In this document: in pieces, positions 1 to 13,638 of the stretch
Layout: every line of letters begins with the position of its first letter
Position numbering within the stretch: position 1 is the first letter of the stretch
From: Eledone cirrhosa
Taxonomy: Eukaryota
Direction of reading: 5' to 3'
Assembly: GCA_964016885.1 (NCBI GenBank)
Contig: OZ024742.1
Location: 183,706,001 to 183,770,000, forward strand
DNA length: 64,000 nt
Made by a program: the position numbers and the translations under genes
Notes under the pieces: model-generated
What the model was told of the DNA's origin: nothing
Databases searched by the model: none
Seen by the model: the letters and a program-made list of their open reading frames with translations, nothing else

Positions 1-59
1 ATTTGGTATCATTTGCATCGTTATAAAGTCAGGTATAATGACTTGCATTATTTGTACCG

Positions 60-201
60 AAAGCATAGAGTTACGGCCCTTTATGGTCTGAGTTCAAATC
101 CCGCCGAGGTTAACTTTGCCTTTCATCCTTACGGGGTCGATAAAATAAAGTGCCAGTAATGTACTTGGATAATTGCTGGCCTTGTGCCAAAAGTAGAAAT
201 A
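60..201 (+). mobile_element. 5'-truncated Deu/Nin-domain tRNA-SINE (family A) with 13-bp TSD
   Basis: B-box-like GAGTTCAAATCC, core GCCTTTCATCCTTACGGGGTCGATAAAATAAAG and tail GGCCTTGTGCCAAAAGTAGAAA. Flanking direct repeat ATTATTTGTACCG at 47-59 and 202-214. Confidence 0.85.
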
Positions 202-938
202 ATTATTTGTACCGGCTCTCTACACTCTGAGTTCCAATCTTTAAGAGGTATTAGCCAGAGAGTGGCAAGTTCTCTCAAGTGTCCCCCGCATAAGACAAGC
301 CGTATGCCATGACAAGCGCACTACTATTCCATCAAGAACTGAGAGCCTGTGGTAAGATAACTCACATAGGTGGCCTCCCCCACCTCCTCTACTTCTCTTT
401 ATCGCCTTCTCTCTCCCTCTCAAAAAATCTAATTGAAAATTGTAACTGAAATAACTACTCTTCCTCGATATAGGGTGTGCTAAAAATCTATATTTTATCT
501 AAATATATTTATTTTGTAAACAATTATTCAACTTCTTTTAAACTACTCACATATCTAATAAATCTATTTTTAATTGATTTAACCTCATCTGATCGTAAAC
601 GCAATTACACACGAGTATATATTCATTAGCAGTCACAAAATGTTGTTGTTATCTCATGGGGATTCCCAAAATTATAAGGTAATGAAATAAGCAGGAAATG
701 CAAAGAATTAATGCTTCCCTTATAATATTGTGACTGACAACTACAATGTATGAACCAGTAGTTTAAAATGTTAAATCAAGTTCACTATTTGTATGACTAA
801 TATTTTCTAATATCACATCTCTTTCATGATAAATCACATGACATTTCTGATAGGAAACAATTAATGTGTAATAATGAAATAAACGTATACATATTAGTAT
901 TGTGTATCATTGTTTAAATAAATGTCTTTGTTACTTAC

Positions 939-1051
939 AAGAATGTAAACATTCTATGATTGTTGTAGCATCGATATAGTAACCTCCACAGAGAATACAG
1001 TTCAGATAAGGATTTACGTCTGCTATGCCAATGCGCGTATTTCTATGCAGC
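939..1051 (-). CDS. BMI1: Coding exon of a BMI1/PCGF-type Polycomb RING finger gene (N-terminal RING half)
   Basis: Minus strand reads ttttttctaaatttcag|G CTG CAT AGA ... CAT TCT T|gtaagtaa and translates as [37 protein letters not shown]. This closely matches the BMI1 N-terminus [37 protein letters not shown]. Splice sites are canonical and the phase-1 donor after HS matches vertebrate BMI1. PCGF2/4 paralog identity cannot be resolved from one exon. Confidence 0.9.
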
Positions 1052-1714
1052 CTGAAATTTAGAAAAAAATTGTTTAAATATCATCAAAATATATTAGAAT
1101 ACTGTAAGACATATTTTAATCAGAAAAAAAAAAACTTTATCTTTAACGTTTTAAGTGTCGATGAAATGTTAGAAAGTAGAACAAGGAATATAAAGGATCG
1201 AAGTAATAATAATTTCATACTTCAACAATCTACAAATATCTCGATAAATAATAATATATTTAAAAAACATACACATAAATGGAAAGGATTCTGGCAACAA
1301 TCTTTATAATTGCTTCAGAAATAAAATTTTGCAATTCTATAAAAATATAAAAATATTTATAAGATGATAAATATATATATTAAACATATTTATAACACGA
1401 TAAAAATATATATTTAAAATATTAGATAATATAGTAGATATGAAACTACTATAGATAGCTAATAGTTACGAAAATAACTCACTACTCTGTTGATTTGGCA
1501 ACAGTAGATTATCGATTAACAAACACTTAAATCATTTTTACATTTATGTTTTCATCCCTATTTATTTCAGAATTCAACACTAAAGTTTGAAAGAAGGAAA
1601 TAACTTCATTTAATAGCTTCCAAAACACGTATTTATTTCATGGGCGCAACAAACAATAATATAACTATCATTTATCTGAGGTTTTGCAAACAACATTAAA
1701 GATGATTAAGCTTT

Positions 1715-1893
1715 GGCAGTATCGGTAGAGGGTCGGACGCTATGCTTTGACGCATAGAGTTACGGCTTTTCCATTCTGAGTTCAAATCCCGCCGAGGTTA
1801 ACTTTGCCTTTCATCCTTACGAGGTCGATTAAATAAAGTACCAGTAATGCACTGGGTAATTGCGGGCCTTGTGCCAAACGTAGAAACACTTAT
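1715..1893 (+). mobile_element. SINE family A
   Basis: A-box-like GGCAGTATCGGTAG, B-box GAGTTCAAATCC, Deu/Nin core and tail shared with many copies in this window. Confidence 0.85.
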
Positions 1894-4407
1894 TGCCATA
1901 GCTTTCAAAGACTTATATAGGGTGCCTCAAAAGTTACTATCTATTTCAATGAAAGTTGATGTTTTAAATGCTATCGTTACCGTATACACTGCATATGTGT
2001 TTCGATCAATTTTAGGAATAACCAAACATTTGGAGGAATTTAATAAAATAACTAGAATTTTCATTAGTAAGCTGATATCTAGAACGTGACTTAAGAAAAA
2101 TTTCTGAAATAAAATTATATTGCAATATAAGGATAATCATTTAAGAATGAGCAGTTTCAGGTGGTTTGGTATCAAAAGGTAATGCTGGAATAACGATATG
2201 TACTCCAGATGCAAATGTTTATATTTAAAAGAATGTTAGTTATTTCGAGTTTTATGTAATTTATAACTTTTCCGTTTCAGACCCATATCACTAATGATGA
2301 ATGAGGAAGAACAGGTGTTTGTGGTAACATACAAGGTAAGAATCATTAAATTTTATTAATACATGAATAGCCTTTCTACTTAGAATCTTTCTTATGAAAC
2401 TTTCTCTCAAATCTGCCTCTAATTTTTCATCCCTTTTATCTTTCATGCTACCACAATGACTCGTTCTTCCACACCCTACATTAATGATATGAATTACATA
2501 CAATTCGAAATAAACCAACTACAATTTTGTTTTAAATACACGAATTTGCATCAGAAGTACACAATCTTATGCCAGCAAACATTAAAAATAAATCTCTAAT
2601 GTCACCGAAATCAATAGTGATCTTTGAGATGTACTTAATAGTATTTTTATAAAAACTTCCAAGCATTACGTCCATTGTTCTATATACAAGGAGAATTTTC
2701 TTCACTTTATTTGAATATACAGTTCATTAATTGGACAGGATATTCCTTCATTTAAACAACGAAGCAAATAGACAATAAAGATAAAAATGAGTCAAATACA
2801 AAACGAGAGAAATCATAGAAACCTACACTATATTACCGGTATTTATTTTATCAACAGGGGAGATGGAATTTGAAATCAGAAAATACGCTGCTCAGTTGGG
2901 TACATTTAATGGAGCCCATTCTATTTCAAGCATTCGGGCCAAGTCTCCATGCTGAGGATAATGTCACCCTTTCCTCCTTGCTAGGCACAGAGGCCATGAA
3001 AACGATTATGGATATTGCCCTTTCCTAGCTAACATAGCTATTAAAAACATAACACTAAACTGCATATATTTTCTAATATTTAATCTGAGAATGTGGCGTA
3101 GTACCTTCACCTATGGGGTAGGGTTGATACTGTTGAAGTTTTGCCTAAACTTCAAAAGGTTTATATTTGAGAAGAAAATGTAAGCCGAGTGTGAGTTTAA
3201 GAGGGTAACACTCCTAGAGAAAAACTATTCAATATGTGGATCACTGGAAATGAGACACTATAGAAAACACGAGGACGAAGCGAATGGGTTTCAGTAGAGC
3301 TGTGAACATTTGAAGAGTTCAGAAAATATTTTAGTGTTGGAAAATGTGACAGAAACGAGAGAAGAATCAGTTAGCTAAATATTGTTGCATGCTTGTTGTG
3401 AACGAGAGATTGCAAGAGTTTTGTTTACATTCCAGAATATTTATGTAGTAGATATTTGAGCAGTAATAATGTAGGAGAATTCTGTGACTTAAAAATTCAG
3501 TAAATGTTTTGATCAGAGTTAACTGCTAAAGTGATGGTATCACAACTGTAATATAGTCATAAAAGATCGTAAGAGTTTGTAAAGAGTATAAAGATTTATG
3601 CAGTTATTATTCATGAGTTGTGAATTTATATTATAGTATATATTTTCATTAACACGGTATAAGGTGCCACATACAGTATTTTCAAGCATGGAATACGCTG
3701 ATTCTTTCCAAAATAAGTCTGGAAAATTGACCATGCATCTGCAGCTTACGTTAGTCAGAGAGCTCTTTTATATTTTATTTTTCTGAAAATTCCATTGCAT
3801 CCATTATGTCGATAAATAGGGTAGTTAACATATTGAGTTAAAAAACGTCGATCAACGGAGGATATCCAAATAATTAGCAAACAAAAACTGTGTATCTAAT
3901 TAATTTAAAATCCTAAAACAACATTCATGGGAGATAACTTTAATAAGATCAGTTGCTCAAATTTTGATGTTGTATTTTTACAATATAAACAATGCGGTTT
4001 ATATTCATTCATATCTCTCTTGAAGTATTTATTTTCCTTAGCCATGAGTAAGTACTGTTAAGAAATACTAAGCTGTCACATTCTCAATGCTCATAGATGT
4101 TTTACATGTCTGTTGGGGGTCTAATATCTGTGTGGGTGACAACTGTATACTGACGATTAAAGAAAATAAAAAAAAGTGGTATCATTTGCATATGAGTGGG
4201 CATGTGAGATGAAAGGCAACAGCTAGCAAATCATCAAAGAGGCAAAACAGTAGGTGGAGGTATACCAGAGATGATCACGTGGAATCAGAGAGCGAACCCT
4301 GTTGATACTCGTCTGGGATGGCAAAACAGGAAACTTCCGAGCCAAGAAAAGTGAGACGAGTGGAGCCCAATAATAGAAATCCATATTAAGAAGTTTTCAT
4401 ATTACAT

Positions 4408-5076
<669 letters not shown>

Positions 5077-5077
5077 A

Positions 5078-5262
5078 TGATATTAAATAAAAGGAAACTA
5101 TATTTATAAAACCATATTTATTCATTTATTCTATTATATATATTTCAAGGGTACCAAAACTTTGGTACGTTCTCATCGGATAAAATACAAAGTTTGTTTT
5201 ATAAATATTGACATAACCAAGGAAAAATACCTTAACGGTTCAAGTTTTTCCTGGATAGTCAT
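5078..5262 (-). mobile_element. Penelope-like terminal-repeat remnant with hammerhead-like motif (homolog of 20418-20867)
   Basis: Shares GGAAACTATATTTATAAAACCATATTTATT with the 20.5-kb element. Minus strand reads TATTTTAT-CCGATGA-stem II (GTACCAAA/TTTGGTAC)-GAAA-TATATATA-ATAGAATA. TA-flanked. Confidence 0.65.
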
Positions 5263-5404
5263 ATATATATATATGATGGCTGCAAACTCTGGTAAGAGTA
5301 TTGCAATCGCTTGTCAAATTACAGAAAATGGTGCACTTTTAGGCTATGGCCAGCCACACGAACCTGTAACAGATCTTGAACAAGCAGTGCCTCTGCTTTG
5401 AAGG

Positions 5405-5557
5405 TTTTTTAAGCGGGGAAAGGCCCTGCACTCGACCAATCCCACTCTCTGAGCATCGAAAACACTACCCGAAAAGGAGAACTGGTCAACATCATCGGAT
5501 GCTTCCGAAGCCGCAGGTTTTTTTTTCAGAGTTTCCCTCTCCTAGAAAGTTGTTGTG

Positions 5558-5560
<3 letters not shown>
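5405..5560. repeat. Dispersed repeat, homolog at ~47408-47580
   Basis: Both loci share CCAATCCCACTCTCTGAGC...CCCGAAAAG...TCAACATCATCGG...GCCGCAGGTTT...TCTCCTAGAA. Confidence 0.7.
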
Positions 5561-5647
<87 letters not shown>

Positions 5648-5672
5648 TGTAATAAACAGCATAAGACAATTA

Positions 5673-5745
5673 TTTCATTTACCAAAGGTTTCACAAAGAC
5701 AGACAAGCCCAACAGAGACGTCTGAAATCGCTCATCAGAATGAAA
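5673..5745 (-). ncRNA. Type I minimal hammerhead ribozyme motif in a TA-flanked insert
   Basis: UUUCAUU-CUGAUGA-stem II (GCGA..CAGAC/GUCUG..UUGU)-GAAACC-UUU-GGUA-AAUGAAA. Stem I is a perfect 7 bp and the cleavage triplet is GUA. Confidence 0.75.
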
Positions 5746-5746
5746 A

Positions 5747-5865
<119 letters not shown>

Positions 5866-5896
5866 GTTTTCTTCGTATATTTTTTATACGTATTAT

Positions 5897-6016
5897 TTGA
5901 GTTCAAATCCCGCCGGGGTTAACTTTGCCTTTCATCCTTACGAGGTCGATAAAATAAAGTACCAGTAATGCACAGGAATAATTGTCGGCCTTGTGCCAAA
6001 AGTAGAAATAATTATT
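5897..6016 (+). mobile_element. SINE family A, 5'-truncated
   Basis: B-box, Deu/Nin core and tail. Confidence 0.85.
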
Positions 6017-6559
6017 ACTTAGCTACCCAATTTTGATTAGAAAACTATGTACCTCACTGACTCTACAAACACGACTGACTACTCTTGCAGTATACTCGAA
6101 CAATATTTGTTGGCTGTCAAATCTTCTATCCGTAAAACAATGTTTGATGCAAATGTCAGTTTTGTAGACTGGCATCTTATCCCCGAGAGTCTCGTTTGGA
6201 TTGTCTCAAAACATAGGAATACACGATAGTTAGGTATATTAAGATGTGGTACTGTAAGTAAATATATACATATACACCAGGTCCCAACACAAAGAAACCA
6301 AGTCCCCATTGTCATTGCTTCCGTCTCCCCCGCTCTCCCCATCTAAAATAGAAGCCGCAATCTTTTTAACTACTCACCCAAATATTTCGTTGTTTGTTTT
6401 TGTTGTGTATTTTCGGTCAGGTCTTCTCAACCTTAGTTATATAAGGAGTAGTTGGCTGAACGCCTGAGTGCAACCAACACATAGGTTCAACATTCCTCTA
6501 CTCAAAGGTGACACGCTGATTATGACAAGTTCGACATAGTGACATACTGCACTGATTTC

Positions 6560-6900
6560 AGTGGCTGGCCAACGATGTGTGACGAAATACTTGAACAATT
6601 GGTTTACCCTGTATCTGTAAGCCTCTGTTCAGTAACTGCCATCCCATGGTGTCTTAGCATTTGAAGGTCGCCAATATCTGGCTTATTTTCTAGTTGGCTG
6701 ATGACAAGGTCGTCGACAGAAAAATCTATTATAACAATGCTTTCGAAGAGCTGAAACCAGCGATAGTGTAGTATACACCTTTTCGTGATTTGTATTCATA
6801 TCTCTGCTGGAACAGGGTATTAGGAATGACGGTGTTCAATTCATTCAAGAAAGACAAACGCTGTTTATCTTTTCAATCTCGCGTGTAACCAAACACTGGT
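6560..6900 (-). pseudogene. Possible decayed RTE-type LINE endonuclease fragment
   Basis: Broken minus-strand peptides VIPNTLFQQ and SK(H)CYIIDF resemble the APE motif NTLFQ...SKHWHLIDY. Heavily degraded. Confidence 0.35.
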
Positions 6901-7052
6901 AATAATAAGCGTTAAAACCACCCAAATCCTATACATTTTAGAACAAGTCACTGTATAATTGTGACCGCAAATCGCTGATAAGCCAGCCATATTAAATTAT
7001 ACCAACAGTAAGGCGAACACATAGTTTGATATTTAATACAGGTAAGGAGAGG

Positions 7053-7269
7053 CTATTATCGATTGTTATAATGGTGTGTCATATAGATGTAACTATTACT
7101 GCCCGTTATGGCGAGGTTTCAGATACTGGCAAGAATTAAATTAAAGACGTTGGAAGGGAGGGCACATCTCCTTCCAACGTCTTTAATTTAATTTTGCCAG
7201 TATCTGAAAACCTCGCCATAACGGGAGTAATAGTTAATATATATGACACACCTTATACATCGATAATAG
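7053..7269. repeat. ~100-bp-arm fold-back inverted repeat (MITE-like)
   Basis: CTATTATCGAT...AAAGACGTTGGAAGG, a short loop, then CCTTCCAACGTCTTT...ATCGATAATAG, with several indels between arms. Confidence 0.85.
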
Positions 7270-7892
7270 TTTTATGTTTAAATCTGATTCCTCTTAGAAA
7301 TGGCGGAGTCTCTACAACGAGTTCTCGTATGCTGTTTCGATTATTTCTGCCGTACATGTATAATTGAGATCAAATAGACACAGCTAATTAGAGTAATAGT
7401 TGCAAGCACAAAACCGTTGATTGCCTCATCCTTCGCTGAGCAGGAAAACCAGTGCACGATTTTGAAAAACTATTTCTATTAGCCAGGAGGATACAAATCA
7501 TTTAGGAAACCCCAAAATATAGCCTGAAGCAACCATTACATACTACACGCATGTAAATTTTAAACTAAAGACTGCCAACAGCAAGTTCTGCCTGTAATAT
7601 TGAAATCCATTCATTGCCTTAGGATATCATGTGTTTCCTTGTACTTGTGGTATACAGTGAATACAGGCTGCACAGTGAATACATTTTGCTGTTGCTAACA
7701 ACTGCAAAGGGATGTTAAGATTAATTCATATCCTCTATGGTGTGTGTCAAGTAATTTTGTCTGCGTAAAGTAATTGACAAATCTTCGTCACCAGATGTTA
7801 TATGCTGAGTATTGACAAATATTAACTGATATGTAAACAATCTGCCTGAAAAAGGCTGCTTAGTTGTAATATATAACCTTCCTCACTACCCC

Positions 7893-8033
<141 letters not shown>

Positions 8034-8116
8034 AGAGAAAAAGTGAAAGAGAGAGGTGCATATGAATGCATATACCATATGATTATTTGCAAATACTCCC
8101 ATGCATACACACACGG

Positions 8117-8179
<63 letters not shown>

Positions 8180-8299
8180 CTCTCTCTCTCTCTCACACAC
8201 ACACACCCACACACATATATATATATATATGCAAAGGAGGACCTGCAGTGTCAAGAACCCTTGCACTCCCAAACAGATGAGAATAGTGAGGTTGATTTT

Positions 8300-9350
8300 C
8301 AGTTTTAACATCTGTTGTTGTGTAATGTGACGGATATTGTTCAGTGGATGATATGGGAAAAGTAAGACAATAGAAGAGATTTGTGAGGGTGAGAGTAGAT
8401 ATTAGGCTGGGTGAAGTGGGAGCATACGATTTGCTAGTTTAGAAGAGCAGAACTAGTTATAACACTGGTAGAATAGTTACAGAGAAGTGCATCTCTGAGT
8501 CAGTCTTTGTAGTATTTTGGTGGGGGAAAATATTTGCTAATCAATCAAACAGCTTTCTGTCATATGTAGACAAGAATCTGCTGTGTGTGTAGAAGTAGTT
8601 CTGTATTAGTTGATTGAACAGTACTCCAATATAGGGAGCACTAGTTCTTTATAGCTGACCATAGACCAATTAGAGCTGTAAATGAGGCTTTGTTTTTTTT
8701 TTTGTTTTTTGTTTTTTTTTTACAGTTTTTGCAAAATTATGTATGTATAGTCACTACAAAACATCAGGAAACATTGAGGCCTAGCATTAGTAACGGCTTT
8801 GATAGTTTCTAGTGTGTTGCTTAAGTGTGGAGAGTCTGTATGTAGTAGCAAACTGTTTCCTTGCTATGTGTATGAGATTATATTTCTGTTGATGAATGTT
8901 GTCACCCACGGAATATGTTTGCGATTTATGCTCCTAAGGGCAGTGAAAAAATCTGGAGTGAGGTATTTCGATTACGGTTTGAGAAACGTTAATAAGAAGT
9001 AAATGATTTTAAAATCTGCTTAAGAAGTGCATTGCTAGAGGTGAAAACAAGTAAGTCATTAATATACAGGAGGAAAATTGTAGGAGATAGAAACAGAACC
9101 TTGCACAATGTTGAAAGATAATGTGGGTGAATCATATGATGTTGTCAGTACAGACTGAAAGGGAGAGATGTAGTAAGAATTGAAGAGAGGGGAGGAAAAT
9201 GCAACCCACAGACAGGAAACTCATCTAGAAGTTTCTCTTTTCAAACACAAACTAAGGCTTTGCTGAGATTAAGTACAACATTGCATTCATCGAAGTTTTG
9301 AAGGGTGTTTCTAACGCCTTATTTCTATTGTGTGTGTCTCAGAAGTTTTC
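8300..9350 (-). pseudogene. Decayed CR1/Jockey-type LINE RT fragment
   Basis: Minus-strand remnants appear in RT order: VLNLSKA, VQGSV-(frameshift)-SPTIFLLYINDL and a degraded FADD-region motif. Confidence 0.55.
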
Positions 9351-10189
9351 CCACCATTCGAAGTTGAAATGTCACTATACTGACCCTACCATCGTAGAAT
9401 ACGTTGGATGTGTATTATACAATTTATACAATAGGAAATATTTCTCTGAGAAAAAGTGCAAAGAATGAACAGTTTAGTAAGGAAATTAAGGACGTTATAT
9501 GATGCAGAAAACAGCAACAAATGATATTTGTAGAAACTTTTTAAAAACAGATTACAGGAAGAGTAAATCTTAAGATATAGAGTAATTTCAAAAGAAGCAA
9601 AATTTGGATATCAGATTTACTAGACCAAGAAAACTCAAATTCAATTCTTTATTATTTAATATAAAATAGCTGCGTTCTTGAACAAAACGCTTCGTTTCAT
9701 GTTGTTTTTCGTGATAACTGGAACACCTATTATTAACCCCTGGCTCCACAATTCTTCTGAAGAGAATACTAAGCAATATAAAGTGTTATTAGTTGCAAGT
9801 GGCGCCTGCATGCTCTCTCTTTTTCTCCCTAATGCACTTAAAAAGACTAAAAGGCACCGAGGAGCTGAAGGTATCCTTGGCTATTTATATAAACCACTCG
9901 AAAGTGATACTTTCCCCGCACCCTGTAATTAAGACGTTTCAACTCTTTTCATCACTAAGAACACGCTGATGGTCGGCTGTCCAAAAAAATCTAAATTGAA
10001 AATGGTAACAAGATCTCTGATTAAATACTCTTGGGTCTCAAAGTGTGTCAGTCGTCCTTGGCCATAGAAATATGATGACTATAAACATAAAAATATATTG
10101 TTTTCTTTGCTAGTTCTCATGACAAACATAATATTAAAAAGCTTCATATTTGAAAACTGAAACTGTTATCAAAATCTAAAGGCTTCAGG

Positions 10190-10520
10190 TCCTATGTATG
10201 ATCACTGCCTCTGCATGGCTGTAAGATATGGTTGCCAAACGTTGACTAACAATACAAAGTTGTGAACAGCCCCCAAGACAAATGCATACGTCCTCGAACA
10301 AAAAGGCAATCCTTCGAGGCTCCTAAATATTGTGTGCGAACGGAAACTGACACACTTTGGTCATATTTTCGCCAGCACTTCAATAGTAGTAGCAGTAATT
10401 GTGGGCTACTGACCACGTGAGAGACTATATCGGTATTGGCCTGATGCCATGAAACAGTGCATGAGCATCCAACCTATACATTACCGGTCCAGATCTGACC
10501 AACACTAATCACAGTGAGAA
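10190..10520 (+). pseudogene. Decayed RTE-type LINE 3' fragment
   Basis: Remnant peptide IVCERKLTHFGHI, similar to the RTE motif RKLxxFGHI, followed by RP...W.DAMKQ. Confidence 0.45.
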
Positions 10521-10556
10521 GCGTTTGCTAAGGATATATATATGTGTGTGTGTATG

Positions 10557-10590
<34 letters not shown>

Positions 10591-11199
10591 TGTATGTATA
10601 AATATATATATATATAGATATATATGTTTCCTTAGCAAACACTATGTATGTAAGTATGTATGTATGTATGTATACATGTATATACGTAAAATTGCTACAA
10701 GTTATAATTTCGAATATTTAAGGATCATGAACTTACTCCCACAAAAATATGTACCATTAACATAGAATACTTTTTGAAGGTCATCAAGTTATTAAAAAAG
10801 ATAAATACCCCCCCCCCCCCCCCCTCCGTTTCAATATATTGTCAATTTTCATAGATTTTTAACAGAAGACTATATTTCCCAGCTCATATGTCGCAGTTCT
10901 TCTTTCTGGGAAAAAAGAAAAAATAACATGAAAAATCGTCCTGCGTATTAGCCGGCTTTTTGGACGCACTTTTTCCCCAAAAACATATTTTAGAAAATCT
11001 TCCCTGTGTCCAATACACCCGTATCGCCAATTGAGGGCCGAATGGTAGGTGAGGACGACCATGGTTAAACAAATTTAGTTTGTATTTATATTCATATTAC
11101 TAATACAGTATTACAATACACTTTATATAAGCAAAATGATGTCGAACTTATATAAAAGTTTCTGAAAAAAAAAACAATGAAATACGGCATTTTATTGTG

Positions 11200-11465
11200 G
11201 AGAGAAGTTTGGGAGAGCTGAGTCCAGAGTTTGTAGAGTAGAGTTTGAGAGACCTGTATGCAGACTTTGTAGAGTAGAGTTGAGACAGCTGGGTGCAGTC
11301 TTTATGACAGCTTGGTGTAGTCTTTATTGAGTGGAGTTTAAGACAGCTGGGTGCAGAGTTTCTTGAGTGGAGATTGAGAGGGCTGCGCCGAGACTTTGTA
11401 GAAATGAGTTTGCGATAGATATGTGCAGTCTCTGTAGGATGAACTTTCAGACAGCTGGGTGCAAT
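11200..11465. repeat. Degenerate ~33-bp minisatellite (GAGTTTGAGACAGCTGGGTGCAGACTTTGTA-like)
   Basis: GACAGCTGGGTGCAG and TTTGTAGAGT recur about 7 times. Confidence 0.75.
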
Positions 11466-12849
11466 CATCACCAGAACCAAATCTCGTAATATAAGCTTAC
11501 AATTACAATTCACAAGTCATAAGTATATTCCAGTAGTATGATTACCATAGTTATTAGTTATGTAATGGTTGGTGGTAACTGGTAAGAAGTTTAAAGGTGT
11601 TATCGGCACCAGTAATAGAACACCATTTGTTTTGTTTGCTTTATAGTGAATCAACATTGAGGATGCCCCACACGCTATATGCAGACAAGCAGATGTTGCA
11701 ATGGAGTAGATGCCATCTGTTAGCTGTCAGTTTGGTTATTCAGCTGACAATACCCCTATACGATACTTCTCAATGGCAACTATATAGAGAAAAGAAACTT
11801 ACACAATAGGTTACGAGGTACAAATTCTAGAATATAGTAAACCACACAACAACTGAATAGTTGAACACCATCAAGTGTGGGCCATCATCAACCTGAAGAA
11901 ACGATTTGTGAATGGAGAGAACAGCAGGAGGAATTAAAGAAAACATGAATGATAATCATCATAAAAATGGAAAGAAGCGGATTGTCAGATCAGACCAAGG
12001 AAACCATGATGTTTCCATTGGTTTTTCCATTTCTTGGCCTAACGATCAGCGTGAGTTACGGATGAGTACATAATGGATGAAAGGTATAAGATAAATTAAC
12101 ATATTCAAATTATATATTTTTTATGATGGTCCCATAATCCATACCAACGAGATATATATCAACCATTTCTAATGTAACAGGTTTGTATCGCGATTTCAGG
12201 TATTGTATTGCAACACTATACATGTATGTGATAAACGCGTGGCCTAGTGGTTAGGGTATTGGAAATATGATCATAAGGTTGCTGTTTTGATTTATTTCAC
12301 GCGGAGGAATTATGAAGATTCCTGGAGGAATAGCGAGTAATTTACCCAATTTTCTCAACTATTATCTATAGCGATCGACTGTTATTACATAATTTTCTGT
12401 GTTTGCGACTCTCACATTTTCAGATTTTAAACTCTCCCAGCGCTTCGAGAAATCATAAGGTTTATTTACACCCAGCTATGCTCTCGACCCAAGCTGTATA
12501 GTGGAGCATTCTTAGAAAGACGGGACGAAATGTCATGGTAATGGTAACGCACTTGCACGGTATTCAAGAAATACGGAGTTCGTAGGCGCCTCTGCCCACT
12601 TTCTTTGTCTCTCAATCTAACTTATCCAATTTTCTCAGCTATTAATGATAGACCGTTATAACAATCATTTCGAACTCTCAAATTTCAAACACTTTCAGGG
12701 CTTCAAAAATTCGAAAGGTTTATAATATTAAATTCAGTCATATATCTCATATTTGTGGTGGTTGTGATAATTATATATAGATTAGTGTTTATTGAATTAT
12801 ATTTTCTGGGAACTGGCAAGAGTTTATTCATAAGAATATATCACAGGTG

Positions 12850-13015
12850 CAGTAATGGCTGGTTACTCCAGGAGTTTGCTTCTCAGCCACATCGTTTTGG
12901 GTTCAGTCTCACGGCGTGAGACCTTAAGCAAGTATTTTCTACTACAGCCTTAGCCTCTGGCTGATCATTGCCTCGTGAGTGAAATTTGGTAGACGAAACT
13001 GTGTGGAAGCCTGTT
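12850..13015 (+). mobile_element. Diverged tRNA-derived SINE (family B-related)
   Basis: GGGTTCAGTCTC B-box-like head and TTTGGTAGACGAAACTGTGTGGAAGCC tail, also seen near 57125-57160. Confidence 0.5.
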
Positions 13016-13046
13016 GTATGTATGTATGTATATATATATATATATA

Positions 13047-13231
13047 GGAAAAAGTATGACCTCGACAGCAGAGCTGAAGCCGTTTCGACGGCTATTTCTG
13101 GAAATAGCCGTCGAAACGGTTTGAGCTCTGCCGTCGGGGTCATACTTTTTACTATTGCCCACTCTACTACCCTAAGTATTGAGTACTCTGGTGTGTTATG
13201 GTCCATCTAGTTCCTTACCACAATTCCTTTG

Positions 13232-13233
<2 letters not shown>
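13047..13233 (+). mobile_element. TA-embedded Penelope-like remnant: inverted repeat centred on hammerhead stem II plus tail
   Basis: IR 13049-13098/13101-13150. Hammerhead 3' half GAAACGG-(TTTGAGCTCTG)-CCGTC-GGGGTC. Tail with GAGTACT. Homolog at 62038-62243. Confidence 0.7.
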
Positions 13234-13323
<90 letters not shown>

Positions 13324-13595
13324 AGTAAGTATGTTTATATATATATATTTGCATATATATTTGTATATATATGGAAATTGAAACATTTGATTAACTAATA
13401 TAGTCTAATAACGGGGTGTTATTAGACATTAGACTATATTATTTCGACATTAGACTACATTATTTAGACTATATTATTTAGTCAAATAATATGGCGGAGC
13501 TTTCTATTTCTATTTAAATTGTCGAACTTCGCTCGTTCCTTTCTAAACATATTTCCTTTGTTTATATATATATATATATATATATATCTTTCATT

Positions 13596-13638
<43 letters not shown>

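Noticed and set aside
1475-1530. Upstream BMI1-like coding exon using the minus-strand GTGAGT donor
   Set aside because: Splicing to the 1051 acceptor would create an in-frame TA|G stop; no supporting homology.
12530-12600. tRNA-like sequence
   Set aside because: Degenerate A/B-box resemblance only; no cloverleaf can be drawn.
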